Translations under genes and position numbers: made by a program
Source of the DNA: Parasitella parasitica NRRL 2501
Taxonomy: Eukaryota; Fungi; Mucoromycota
Length of the DNA stretch: 64,000 nt
Reading direction: 5' to 3'
NCBI GenBank assembly: GCA_025201805.1
Contig: MU619343.1
Coordinates: forward strand, 49,889 to 113,888
Part shown: one piece after another, positions 1 to 13,920 of the stretch
Layout: every line of letters starts with the position of its first letter
How positions within the stretch are numbered: position 1 is the first letter of the stretch
Notes under the pieces: generated by a model
The model's database searches: none
The model's input: the letters and a program-made list of their open reading frames with translations, nothing else
What the model was told of the DNA's origin: nothing

Positions 1-489
1 TATATAAAAAAGAAAATCTACTTTTTCACAAGCACTTTCTCCCATTATTTCTCTCTCTCTCTTTTCTTCCCTTTCTTTTGTCTGAATAAATGAATTTTGT
101 TTACGATTATCATTTCGTTCCACCAATCAAACTCTGACGGCTGCTTACAAGCATACCGTGATCCGCCGAACATTGGAGTGCCTACACAGCATCCACAAGG
201 ACTTGCTTTATGACGCATCTGCTTTAAACAATATTTCATTCGTACGAAATTTTTTTTTTACATTGCCCGCAGACGAGACGAAGGATATTCTAGTGAAAAA
301 GAGTTCAAAGATGTCAATCCTTTTTCTTCATTAAATTCGAGGCTTGGCGAAGGCTTGGTTGTATACTCTTGCTTTTCCTCTATCAAAATCAAGAACTCCG
401 GTTGAAGAATCATAGCATAGCATAAGCTTACATCAAGGCAGCATAAAGAGCAACAACAGAGAGCACCAGACATATCAAGAAGTTTCCGA

Positions 490-2691
490 ATGGCACGTGT
501 ACACTTGTTCACATCCTCGACTCCCCATAGCGAAAGAGGTCGACAATCTCCCTCTCCCGAATGCAACGATATAGCTGACGACGCTCCCTGTCCATCGACA
601 GAGAACATCACAATAGCTGCAAATGAGACACCAACATTGAGCCATGAAGATGCGAATACGTTAGACGTAGATGCCGTAGCAGCCTCGCCTACATCTATAA
701 AATTATCAACCCCCGCCTCTCCTCATCTACAACATCCACAGCAGGATCTAGCATCAAGCACTGCAGCCCTCACTGCCGCTTTGTTACAATCAGCTCATGA
801 AAACGAGCAGGCGACCGACACTGTAGCTGCTACCATATCAAAAGAATCTCGTAAGTGAAAAAAAAAAAAGAATCCTAAAGTGCCACATGGAGACTAATTT
901 CCGGAATACCACATAGATTCATATTCCGGTTTACCACCATCAGTGCAAAATGAGCAACAACAGCAGCAACCCGTCAAAGCTGACGATGCCGCTGATCAAG
1001 CAACTGTAGCAGCAACAGCGTTGCAGCTCTTAGGGCTCTCTCATTCTGACAACACCACCAACCCAAGCAAGGATCTAACAAACAATACATCGCAAAACGT
1101 GTCTAATAGCAACAATGGTAGTGCAAACGCAGATTCTGATAATGTGGTGCTGATTGCGAGTTATCCAGGACTCGCTTCCAACGCTGAAGACATTGACCTA
1201 AACAGTGATGACATGGTTCAGGATTACAAAAGGGGTACATGGACTAGAGAAGAAGACGAGTTGTTGTTGTCAGGCATCAAGAAGTTTGGGTACGGCCGAT
1301 GGAAAGAAATTGCTACCAGCATACCGAGACGAAAGGGTAAACAGTTGAAGCAGCGCTGGGATAATACACTAGCAGCCAAGTATGTGGATCAAGAGTGGTT
1401 AAAAAGCAAGATAGAAAGCGAGAGTAATCTTCAGCAACTGCAGCTACGAGTTCCTCTTCCTCCTCCCTCGCTTTCTTTGCTAGAAATGAATAAATCAAAT
1501 CACAGTGGAGCTTCATCTCCTAGCAACAATAATACGACGGGATCAACAGACGATAAAGCTCTCAAATTTTTAGAAGCGACCGATTGGAATGAGATTGCTT
1601 TAAAGATCAGTGAAAAGGCTAGAGAGGGAGATCAACATGCTATAGAAGCTCTATTATCTCAGGCGCTTTTAGGCACTGTCGCTAACCACGCTAGTGCAGC
1701 TGCGACGGCATCTAATTCAGCAAATGTCAGTACAAATGCTACGTCTTCTCCTGTCATTGGCGACAATAACAAGACCATTCATGGTGGAGATAGTACGCCT
1801 ATCACCGATAGCGTAGTTTCCTCTCCTGTACAGCCCCACCAAAACTTTGATACCTTTTCATTGCAGCATCCCTCAAATCCAGGCACCCCATCAACATCTA
1901 CAAACAGCAATAGTTTCCCCCACAATAGCCCGCCTCCTCTCACATTAGCTGACGCAGCGGCTTTGGCATTGTATGCGAATCAACTCTCTCAACAGTCTGG
2001 TAGCCATGCAGCTTCCTACTTTCTGCCATTTGGTACTGCGCCTACCACCAATAATGAAAGCTCGGTAACAGCAGAAGCAACAGGAGTGGCGGCCATCCAG
2101 CACCATCCACCTTCTGATTCCTCACAACTACAGGCATACGCCTCTTCTTCTGTTTCATCCAACAACACAACCATATCGCCCTCACAGCCATCACTTGGTG
2201 CCAACAAGAGTGCCATAGGGAAGAAAAGACGTCGTTCTGATCCAGCCTTAGCAGACACACAAAGTGCAGCCATGAACATCTATGCGTCGGCAACGCCGAT
2301 CACCACCACTATCAATAATCAAACGCAAACGGTATTCCCGTGCCTGTTCCCTCAATGTGGCAAGACATTTGCAAGGCTGTATAATCTCAAGAGTCACTCA
2401 AGGACACACACTGACGACAGACCTTTTGTATGCCATGCTTGTACTGCTGCCTTTAGCCGTAATCATGATTTGAAACGCCATTCCAAGATACATGGAGGAG
2501 ATAAACCCTACAGATGTGAAGGCTGTCAGAAGAGTTTCTCAAGGTAAGACGTCAAGATATATGAAAAAATGGTTGCCATGCCTTGATAGTAATTTTTTTT
2601 TTTTTTTTTTTTCAATGTTACATATAGACTGGATGCCTTGAAACGACACAAAACTAATCAAAGAAACAAACAAGGATGCAATGAGAGCTAA
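490..2691 (+). CDS. Myb/SANT plus C2H2 zinc-finger transcription factor (exons 490-850, 917-2543, 2628-2691)
   Basis: Myb repeat [29 protein letters not shown]...QRW; three C2H2 fingers ([54 protein letters not shown]|LDALKRH); GT-AG introns join the frames. Confidence 0.9.
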
Positions 2692-4082
2692 CCATAGCAT
2701 ATTGTATCAAAAAACTACTACCATTATTTTGCCCACTTACCCACTCAATCACTCACATATTGTATTATTTTCGAACCCTTCCTTACTACCGTAAATATTG
2801 ATTATTTTCTGGACACAAATATTGAAATAAAATGTTTTTTTTTTTTTGCTAATATTGAACCTGATATATAAAGGTATGGTATTACAGAGTGTGTTTAATA
2901 CATCTGCAGCCATTTCTCTCGTAACGCCACAATTTCATGTCGCAAGAAACACCAAAATTGCATTAAATTGCACTTTAAAAGACATATTACACTCGCTGTT
3001 GCTTTTTAATAAAGTTCGCAAGTATACCAAACAATCTCTTTTGATCACCAGAAGTATTCTGTATCATTTTGTGGCAATTTGAGGGCCAAAAAAAATTCAT
3101 GATTTTTCTACGATTTTGCATGAGGTACCCCTTTACCAAAAACGACTTTTCAAGAATATCCGAATTTTAAGGTCAAAAACGAGACTTTTTATTAAGATAT
3201 ATACCAAAGTAAAATATGCATATAAGTGCTATTCATTAATTGAAAGTGCTTGAAGATAGGTTTGATAATAAATATATCTACTTTTTTCCATAAAACATTA
3301 AAACTGAATTTTCTCAATAACTTTATATTTTCTTTAAAAATTGTAAATCTAAAAATTCCACCATTTTTACCAAAAAAAAGGCTATATACTTGATTTATGG
3401 CACAAACCATGCTAGATATACGATTTGTGAAAATAAAACCTTTTAAAAAATTAAATGGTCAATTTTTCTGTTTTTTGGGAATTTGATAAAAAAAATATTA
3501 AAAGAGAGCAGGCGTAGTAAAATAAGTGAATTATTGACATCTGTTGGGAGATGATAAATGCCGCAAATTGGACATGGCACGTTCCACAATAGATTGGTTG
3601 TCAAGAATAACTGCATCGAAATGTTTTTTCCATTTAGCTCGCCAGACAGAGGTTAGAATACAGGTAATTGCTTGCTTGATGAGGCTTAATTACCCGTGCA
3701 TAAGAGCGCATCGTATCTTTCTGTTTGTTTGGATTATGGCGAGAGTATCCATTGTTTCCCCATAATTTATCACCATAGAAAGTCTAGTTATTTCAAACGT
3801 CGCTGCCGCCAGATTTTGGCCATAACCGGATGCTATTTGTTCGTAAATGAACAGTGGATCAATACAGCTTCGCAATTCAACTCGTAAGGTTATAAAAGTA
3901 TAGGGTATATCTGCATAAGTCAGCAATCAAAGTCTGTGTACGAGTACAAAATTCTGTTAATAAACCGAAGCGAGATGAAGATTTTGCATTCTCAGTCAAG
4001 GTATATTATCATGCGAAGCATTAGAAAATACTATTATTTTAAACAAAGTGCACTTGTTAACACTTTTTATTGTGCTATTTCT

Positions 4083-5011
4083 CTACTTGTATTGAGCATA
4101 AGGATCGTTTCCTGCGATATCACGACGCTGGCCAAAACTCATTCCAGACTACAATCAAAAGAATGACAATGTTATACAATAATCCAATTTGCCAAACTCT
4201 TTTCTTCGAGATCTTACTTGACTGGCACCTCCCGTGTATCCATATTGATAAGTGTTGAACGTTGCATTAGCGGCATTAGCTGCATCCTTTGAGTATGTTG
4301 GCTTTTGTTTGTCGGCAAGTTTACCTCCGAGATACTATATATGCATGCATGAATTAGACTTTTCTCCTCTCTTGATGGAACGCTGCGGCTATACTACTTA
4401 CATTTGGCGATGTACCAGCTTTATACCCATATCTTGATAATGAGAAAATTGCATCAATCACTTGGGTCATATTCTTTTTTTCAAACAAATCCACCGTTTG
4501 GAAAAGGTCATTTTTGGGTACGCCTAAAGCTTCAGCGCCCCTTAGAAATATCGAAATGTTTTCCATCTAATTAATTGTGTTGCATTCAGTGCAAGAAGCT
4601 TTAAATTGAGTGGGCATTGCTGAACAAAAAAAAAAAAATACCTGAACAAATGGCATTTTTGATTGCTTAAACTTTCCTTGGCCCGGTACTAATTTACCTA
4701 TGACTCTATTCAGGGTTTGATCGTTTCAGTGCGAATGTAGAAGATTTCATGAATGGTGATAATCCCTCCTTAGTGTACCTACTTGCATAAAATGACACCG
4801 TCTTTCAAGCTATCAGCAAAATTGTCAGAAGGAAACTTTTCGTTGATCAACTCCTCAATCCATTGCTGTGCTTGTTGCTCGCGTTCAACTGAATATTTGG
4901 CATTTATTCTCGCTTGGATCTCTAAATACCATCCTTTAAACAGATGTGCATAGCAAATCTTATAAAGCGTTTACCTTTGTCAATACCATATAAAGGTGTT
5001 TCGTCTTCCAT
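4083..5011 (-). CDS. SCP1: Calponin/transgelin-like actin-binding protein (CH domain plus calponin repeat), multi-exon
   Basis: MEDETPLYGIDK start; CH motifs LKDGVILCK and MENISIFL...DLFQTVDLFEKKNMTQV; calponin repeat QYGYTGGASQ|SGMSFGQRRDI; stop at 4083-4085. Confidence 0.9.
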
Positions 5012-5189
5012 GATAAAACAATAAAAAAAAACTATGCTGCAAGAATAAAATAAAAAGGAAACCGCCGAGATTCTCGGAGCCATTCTGTTTAAAACCACTC
5101 CAGAGGAAATGGGTTCATCAGCCGAATGAAAAGCAGTTGACTGGACAACCACATCTGTCAAGTATTATCAAAGTGTTTTGGCCTTGGGC

Positions 5190-5740
5190 ACATTACATCA
5201 CTGAATATTGTCATTAGGTAAACCAATACTGCAGACAAACATATCAATACGAGTTTGCAAATCTGGCCCTTGTACTTATTTAGCAAAGTGATGATGATTC
5301 AACCGATAGTAGAGCCCTGAGCAGCCAAAGCCAACAAGACGGCAAAGTGCATGGTTTTTTTTTAGTTTTGGTTTAGCTGAGGCAGACAGGTCATCCTTAG
5401 CTCTTAGTCAGCCCTTGGTCATGTTGACATCTAAGCAGGGTTTTACAGAGTGAGTAAGCCTTGGATGACTACACAACATTTGAATTGAACAAAAAGGCTT
5501 TTCTTCCTTCTATTTCTTTGGTGTGTAGGCTTTTTTTTTTCTTTACCGTAGAAAGGCCACCACTACTCCCTTTACTTGTGCTCTAAGCCTGCTGTATTGC
5601 CCAGGATGTCCTTTTTGTGGCTATGACCATTGTTGAGTGTGATTTTTGACGTCACCGGTGAAGAAGCTCGAGTTTTGGTTGTCTTATTGGCACCCAGGGA
5701 TGTGCATCCCAAAAACGAAATTGCACCTGGCAATTTTTAT
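5190..5740 (+). ncRNA. Candidate structured ncRNA (H/ACA-like hairpin ending in ACA, plus further stems)
   Basis: GGTCATCC (5389-5396) pairs with GGATGACT (5463-5470), followed immediately by ACA; adjacent hairpin at about 5314-5383; other long-range stems. Confidence 0.35.
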
Positions 5741-5766
5741 TTTTATTTTACTCTGTTATTTACATC

Positions 5767-6752
5767 ATGTTTTCCCCTGTGCTCAAGAGAAGTGTAAGTT
5801 TAGAGAGAAACAGCCCGTGACAGAGATTTTAACCATGCAAATAGCTTACAGCCGCTGCTGCCGGTAGCGCTTGGGTCGCAACTGCCTCTACGGCATTTGC
5901 GGAAGAAAAGAGAACCAAGGTAAGAAAATATAGAAAAAAAAAAAAAAAAAAAAAGCGAGCACCAACAAGATGTGATCAGCCTTCTCATCAGTTAATGTAC
6001 AGCTCAGTATTTACGATGAACCCGAGCCCAAAGTAGTCATCATTGAATCGCCAACCAAGCTTGAAGAGCAAGTTTACATTGCACAAAAATATGCCAACGA
6101 AACATTGGAAGAGGGCAAGGTAAATTTGAAATACGATATAACAGGCGGCAAAACCTTCATATTCTGATGTATAAATGTATGATAGACTCAAGTCAATGTC
6201 TGGGTACAAAAATACCAAGAACTAGAGAATCAAGTTACCACTAACATCAGCAGCACTATCGACAAAGATGAAGAGATCTTTCCCAATGTAGTTTATGTTG
6301 GTGTTGCCGCATTGGCCGGCACCATTATCGCTCGCAACAGAAACATTGTGCTTCGTTTTTTGACTTCTACCGCATTAGCCGTTGGAGCTTCGTACTATCT
6401 TCTTCCAAAGACCACTCACAATGTTGCCGTTCAGCTCGAGAAGTTAGAACATAGATATCCTCCACTCCACGCAGCACATCAGAGCGTCAACGATGCTGTT
6501 GGAGATGTCCGCAAACAAATTGATGACACTGTATCGCAATTGCGTGGCACCGTCGATGAAAATGCCAGCAAATTGCGTCAACAGATCGAGCAGAACACGA
6601 AACTCGTCAAAGATCAAGTTACCAGTGCTGTCGACTCTACCAACTCCGAGGCAAAGGAAAAGTACGATCAAGTCAAGAAGAACGTTGAAAGCATGTACAC
6701 AACAAGATCAAAGCCCGGCGTTGATGAAGTCTTGAAGCAAGAAAGAAAGTAA
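5767..6752 (+). CDS. MICOS subunit MIC26/MIC27 (apolipoprotein O family), 4 exons
   Basis: Spliced MFSPVLKRS|LTAAAAGSAWVATASTAFAEEKRTK|LSIYDEPEP...PTKLEEQV...|...YVGVAALAGTIIARNRN; the LSIYD and AGxIxARNR motifs are typical of the family. Confidence 0.8.
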
Positions 6753-6912
6753 AATTTTTCAATAAATTGTATATAAAAGTCTATTTATTAAAATCATAAT
6801 GACATGGATTGCCCTTGTTTTTTTTGACTTTTTTGACTTGGCCTGCTGTTGTTTGATGGTAGTGTATATAGCTATTTTTTGGATATATAACCCCTCCCTT
6901 TGTTCAATCTTT

Positions 6913-6922
6913 NNNNNNNNNN
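6913..6922. other. Assembly gap (10 N)
   Basis: Run of n. Confidence 1.
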
Positions 6923-7050
6923 CAACATCAAAACAACAAATAGCAAATCAATAGTTGGCAGCCAACTTCGGCAGCAGCACAAGGTTCACTCACACATTTC
7001 CTCTTTTCCTTTTTCTTTCTTGTCCTAGTTTTACAGAACAAAGATTCAAC

Positions 7051-8616
7051 ATGTCAAAAGATAATGTACAAGAACCTCATCCTTTTTATGACGAAAAGTC
7101 TATCGAAAAAGAAGCCCGGATTCGGAACCTTTTTGATTCGCTAGACCACAAGGGTCAAGGTGTTGTGTATACCAAAGATATATCAGAAGCATGCCGACTG
7201 CCAGCCCATACGAGATATGCGTCAGAACTGCTGAATTCAGACGATGAAAATGGGATAGACTATGATAGATTTAGGGCTCACGTCATTGAAAAAGAGCAAG
7301 AGCTTTGGGATGTGTTCAGCGCCATCAACCAACAGGGCGACCATAGATTGAAGCCGAATGAATTGGAATATGCGCTAAAGGAGTCCGGGATTCATGTTAC
7401 AAAATCCGATATCGAAGCCTTGGTTCAATTTATTGGCACTGATGGCCATGGCTACATTGATTTTGAAAATTGGAGAAATTTCTTGCTGCTTTTGCCTCAC
7501 GAAACTACGTTGACCGAAATCTACAGATATTATCAGACCACGACACAGCTCAATGCCGATGCTGAGGTTGTTATTCCACACACGGACGAGGCAGCGCGGA
7601 ATGCATACAAATACCTAACAGCAGGCGCTATGGCAGGCTGTGTTTCACGCACCTGCACTGCTCCCCTAGATCGACTCAAAGTATACCTTATTACTCACAC
7701 TACTTATCAACCCCACCTTAATACACATCAACACAAAGCATCGTCATCGGCCATCTTGAATGCTGTAAAGAAAATCTATCGGGATGGCGGTTTTCGTGGT
7801 CTTTACGTCGGTAATGGTCTAAACGTCATAAAAATCGTGCCAGAATCAGCCATCAAATTTTACGTTTTTGAAACGTCAAAGGCAATCATGGCCCAAATGA
7901 CAGGTGCACAAGATAAAAACTCGATTCCTGTTGGTGCGCGTTTCATTGCTGGCGGTGTGGCCGGCTTGTGCTCTCAATTTTGTATATATCCTTTAGAAAC
8001 TCTCAAGACGAGAATCATGTCCAGCCAAGAAGGACAGGGCGTCAGACCAAGTGCCTTAAAGACAATAAGAGAAATGTATAAAACTGGTGGCCCAAGAGCT
8101 TTCTGGCCTGGTTTATTTTTGAGTCTGTTGGGTGTATTTCCATACCAAGCACTAGATATGGGTATTTATGAAACTTTGAAAGTGTCTTATTTGCAGTCCA
8201 TGGATAAAGCTGGTGCTAATCAGGGATTGCCACAAGGCGAAAAGGTGCATCCTAACGTGCTAGTGCTGTGGATGTGTGGCATGGTTAGTGGCTCAATTGG
8301 AGCAAGTAGTGTTTATCCTTTAAACATGATTAGGACTAGGTAAGACTTGAATGATCATGTGTGTGTGGATTGTATGCGTGTGTGTATGTGCGTGCTAACA
8401 AGCATCTGTATATAAACTAGATTACAAGCGCAGGGAACACCCGGCCATCCTTTTAGATACACTTCTGCTTGGGATGTAGCTCGAAAAACGTATAGAGCTG
8501 ATGGTGTCCGAGGATTCTATAAAGGACTCGGTCCAACTTTATTCAAAGTTGTGCCTTCCATTAGTATCAGTTATGCCGTCTATGAATTTTCAAAGAGATC
8601 ATTGGGAATTTCATAA
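7051..8616 (+). CDS. SAL1: Calcium-binding mitochondrial carrier (ATP-Mg/Pi carrier, SCaMC type); one intron at about 8340-8420
   Basis: N-terminal EF-hand-like loops (DHKGQG, DGHGYIDFENW); three carrier signatures PLDRLKV, PLETLKT, PLNMIRTR; last exon LQAQGTPGHP...YEFSKRSLGIS*. Confidence 0.9.
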
Positions 8617-8722
8617 AATTTACTATTAAAAGAAAGAAAAAAAAAAAACTATAGACCTTCTTGTAAATATATACATATATTAAAAGCAATAATAATATTG
8701 TTCCTCCCAGATCGAGACAGAT

Positions 8723-10248
8723 TTACATTAAAGTATCATCATTGTTGCCTGTAGAGCAAGTAACGGACCATAATCTTGCAATGGAGCAAAGTGCGTTTGG
8801 CGGATCAAATGATGGTGCATTTTTGGTGGTTTTTGGTGGTCTGTTGTCATTTCTAAGCGAATAGTACATGCCCAGTATCAAGTAGTCTGTGACCGTATCA
8901 CTGTGTGCTAATTCTTGCAGCTTATCCTGTTCTGCATCAGCATTAGCAACAGTAGCATCCTCTTGGTCGCTTTTAAAAGGTGCCATGATTTCTACATTCT
9001 TTTTTATCGTGTCTAATTTTTGCTCGATACTCTCACTAAAGGCATGGTTAGTAACAGACATGGTGGATCGAGAAGCAATGTAAATTTTCTGCAATGATTG
9101 GGCAATATGGGGCAAGTAGGACAGATTTTGAGTCAGTTTCTTTGCATATGTACTGCTGAAGATGAGTGGATACAAATGGCATGTTTTCTTGATCAATAGT
9201 GTAGTTAGTGCCTCCTCCAAGTAGTTTGTTATAATGTCCAACGTCAATTTTCTCTTCCAATTTGCTTGGAATTCTTTCAATTTAGGGCTAGTGAAATTGA
9301 ATACGACCTCCAGTTTATCCAGGGTGCCATACGGTGCTTGTTTATCCAACACATAAGATAAAGGAGTTGTTACAAATGCTTTCTCAATTTGATAATAGTA
9401 AATTCCATTTTCAGTAGTTGCTAGAGTACAGGTCAAAGTAGAAGGCTTACACTTGAATCTACACTTTTGCATCACTTTGTCTAAAATGATTTGGAACCAT
9501 GGAGGGTGGTCTAGTTTATCCTTCAAGTTGTTCAATAAAAGAATGCATTGTACATTCAGCACACCAGATGGATTCAGTACGACATCTAGTTTATCAAGAT
9601 CAAATTGTCTGTAGCTTTCTTGTCGATTTTGAAGATGATATGTTGAATAGTGAGTGCATGTTGCATCGCATGAGAATGGAGTAGACAGAAGAGCACTACT
9701 CTTGGACTCTGGAATAGATAGATCCACTTGTTTTGTTGAATGAATGCTACTGATCTTTGATCTGGAGAATTCTTTGGGTGGTGTTGGTATAAATGTATTC
9801 GCTGTAAGCAATGAAGACGAAGGAAATGAAATGCTACCGTCATCCTCCTCTTCGCCTGCTTCCGTCTGATGTCCCACTTGTTGATCCAGTCCTTCTGACC
9901 CATCTAATAGACAATACAGATATTCGCCCGCTTGATCTACTGGCGATTTTTCTTCAATGGAATCCATTATGTATTTGAAAAGAGGGAGTTGATTCAAACT
10001 GATCAAATGCTTTTGACGGAACGAATCGGCTGAGAGGAATGTCCGACTAAACATGGCTACATGTAATGGTAAAAGAAAAGATACTTTTAAGCTATTAACC
10101 AATACTAACAAAAGTATCAATGTTATGAATTGCTTGATCGAATTTCGTTTGTTTTCATCAGAAAACAAACCTTGCTCAGGTTGAACTTCACATGCCACCT
10201 TAATCAACCATACTAATCATTTTTCCAGGCGAGGTTACACACAACCAT
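8723..10248 (-). CDS. Hypothetical protein of about 490 aa; candidate TOPOVIB-like (degenerate GHKL plus transducer)
   Basis: 494-codon open frame; probable ATG micro-exon at 10248 with a short intron; motifs LVLVNSLK, LDGSEGL and SYLPHIAQSL (see findings). The gene is likely; the function is speculative. Confidence 0.7.
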
Positions 10249-10320
10249 GTTTTATTCGTATTTTTTGTTAAATTGTATATATTTTAGTTATCGAATGCAT
10301 TTTAAATAAATCAAAGAGGG

Positions 10321-11084
10321 TTACATGGCAGCCAAGTATAAGGTACCGATAGCGGTAGCACCCATCACAGCATAACCAGTTGTGTAAACACTCTTGATGT
10401 CAATCATTTTAGTGGTATCCCAAACCTAGTGTAATTCGCAATTAACCAACAAAGACTGTAGCTATTCCTGCATTACTTACCAAATGTCTGATGCCGTTGA
10501 GGCTGTGGAAAACAAAAGGGAAAGCGACAGTTGTCTTTGCAGCAAACTTCAAAGCAAAAGGAGCCGCTGTTGCAGCAGAAATAATGCTGGCGGTATCAAT
10601 TGTAACACCAAGAGCAGGAGCTGCAACGTAGGCAAGGGCACCCAAGTAGAAAGCTACCAAATAGAGTAATATAATTTTAGATAAAAAAGATAAACATGAT
10701 CGCGTTTCAACTTTTACCACCGCCTATAGCAGCACCAGTGACTCTATGAAGACCAGACAAATACCAAGTGATTTGGGGTTGATAGATTTGAAGATGGGGA
10801 GAAACAGGGCGAAGCTTACGTTGCTGGCGCAAAAGCTCGGATTCAGCAGCAGCACATTGCTCTTGAGCCTTGTGAGAAGCATTGAAATGTCTTTGGTGTG
10901 TGTTAATTTTCTTATCGAATTGGTTGCCATGGTTACTTACCTGACACCAAGCGCAGGAGAGGTAGCAACGGCGCTTCTAAATATGATGGGGTCTATTTAA
11001 TCAGGGTTAGTATTCATATTGTTGATTGTAATATCTCTATTTACTTTGAGCAACTGTCTTCAAGATGGAACGGGTAGCCAACAT
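10321..11084 (-). CDS. SDH3: Succinate dehydrogenase cytochrome b560 subunit, multi-exon
   Basis: MLATRSILK transit peptide; QRKLRPVSPHLQIYQPQITWYLSGLHRVTG; FHSLNGIRHLVWD. Confidence 0.95.
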
Positions 11085-11181
11085 TATATTGTTAAAGAGT
11101 GGGGTGTGAAAATGTGAAGAAGATAAAATGTGGAGAAATTGGAAGGGGGGTGGAGGCGTTCATTTTATCTATAGGATGTGA

Positions 11182-12771
<1,590 letters not shown>

Positions 12772-13080
12772 TTAGTATATGTAGATAGCGTTAACAATAA
12801 TCCATATTTAATAATTGATAATACATCATAGTAATCATATTACATGCACTAACCAATATAAACAAGTATAATGCATATCTGTATTTTAGACATGTTTGTA
12901 TGTATCAGGCCATACTGCAACAATAATCAAGATGCCATCTTAAGCATACACTTGATCACAACTTGCCTAGCTTTTGTTTCAACATTCCCCGAGCTCTTTT
13001 CTCGCTTGATTTCTGTTCAGAATATATATGAGAGCAACATTATGTCTCGCTCTTTTTGTTTGTTGTCCAAGTATTGCTGA

Positions 13081-13557
13081 ATGACCATGATTACACGATT
13101 GATATGTCTGTGTGGAATTGTATGCACAGTCGTCTCACAAAGCAAGTATATACACACATCATTAATCACATAAAAGATATACTCACTGGATAAAACAATT
13201 ATGTAGTAACTTATCCTACAGTTGGGACTGTGTGGAAGGTTGGCCAAAACGCAAAAGTTGTAAATATGTATATCAATTTATAAAGGCATTTGAAGAAGCA
13301 TTAACCACTCGCAATGTATACACACAAAGTCATTTAAGCCTGGCCAAAATGGAGAAACGGTCAGTCTATTCTTTAACAATGATCGAAGAAACGCGTTAGG
13401 TGGTGGATCTATTGCCAACATTGGCGGTACTTTTCAATTTACAGTACCTTTAAACGCTCTCAGCTTAAAAGGCGGGACCTCTGAGCTGGTCGCTGTGCAT
13501 AGAGTGAATGGACATCTTCAAGCCGTAGATAATGTAAAAGTTCGAATTATTCATTAG
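13081..13557 (+). CDS. Small secreted protein of 113 aa (exons 13081-13141, 13207-13259, 13330-13557; first intron GC-AG)
   Basis: Signal-like MTMITRLICLCGIVCTVVSQ, then ITYPTVGTVWKVGQNAKV, then a 75-codon stop-free exon SFKPGQNGETVSLFF...KVRIIH*; splice phases are consistent. Confidence 0.65.
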
Positions 13558-13920
13558 TATACTTGCATATAATAAAACGACATTATTTACAAAATTAAGA
13601 TAAGTTTGTATGATAATAGTTATATATCTGAACACTACTATCATGGAAATGCCAAGGAGTCTCTAAGATAATACTTTCATTGGCTATTCTTTAAGGGTTA
13701 TTCACAACCCTTTCTACTATAATTTCAGCAAACATCTCACCGTATATCATAACCACACTAAGTCTCACATACTGTTATCCTTACGAATATACACTGATTA
13801 CAAATATTCCTCAACCCTTACGAAATAAATCAATCTCAATATACTACAGATTTAAAATATACGGGTCTTCATATACATATTTACATATTTATTCATAACG
13901 AGAAGATGAGAGCTAGATAT

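Noticed and set aside
3080-3500. Very AT-rich block that could be a MITE
   Set aside because: No convincing terminal inverted repeats, TSD or second copy in the window
5350-5356. Minus-strand AAACCAT like the snR30/U17 m2 motif
   Set aside because: No m1 (ATATTCCTA) and no ACA box at the expected spacing
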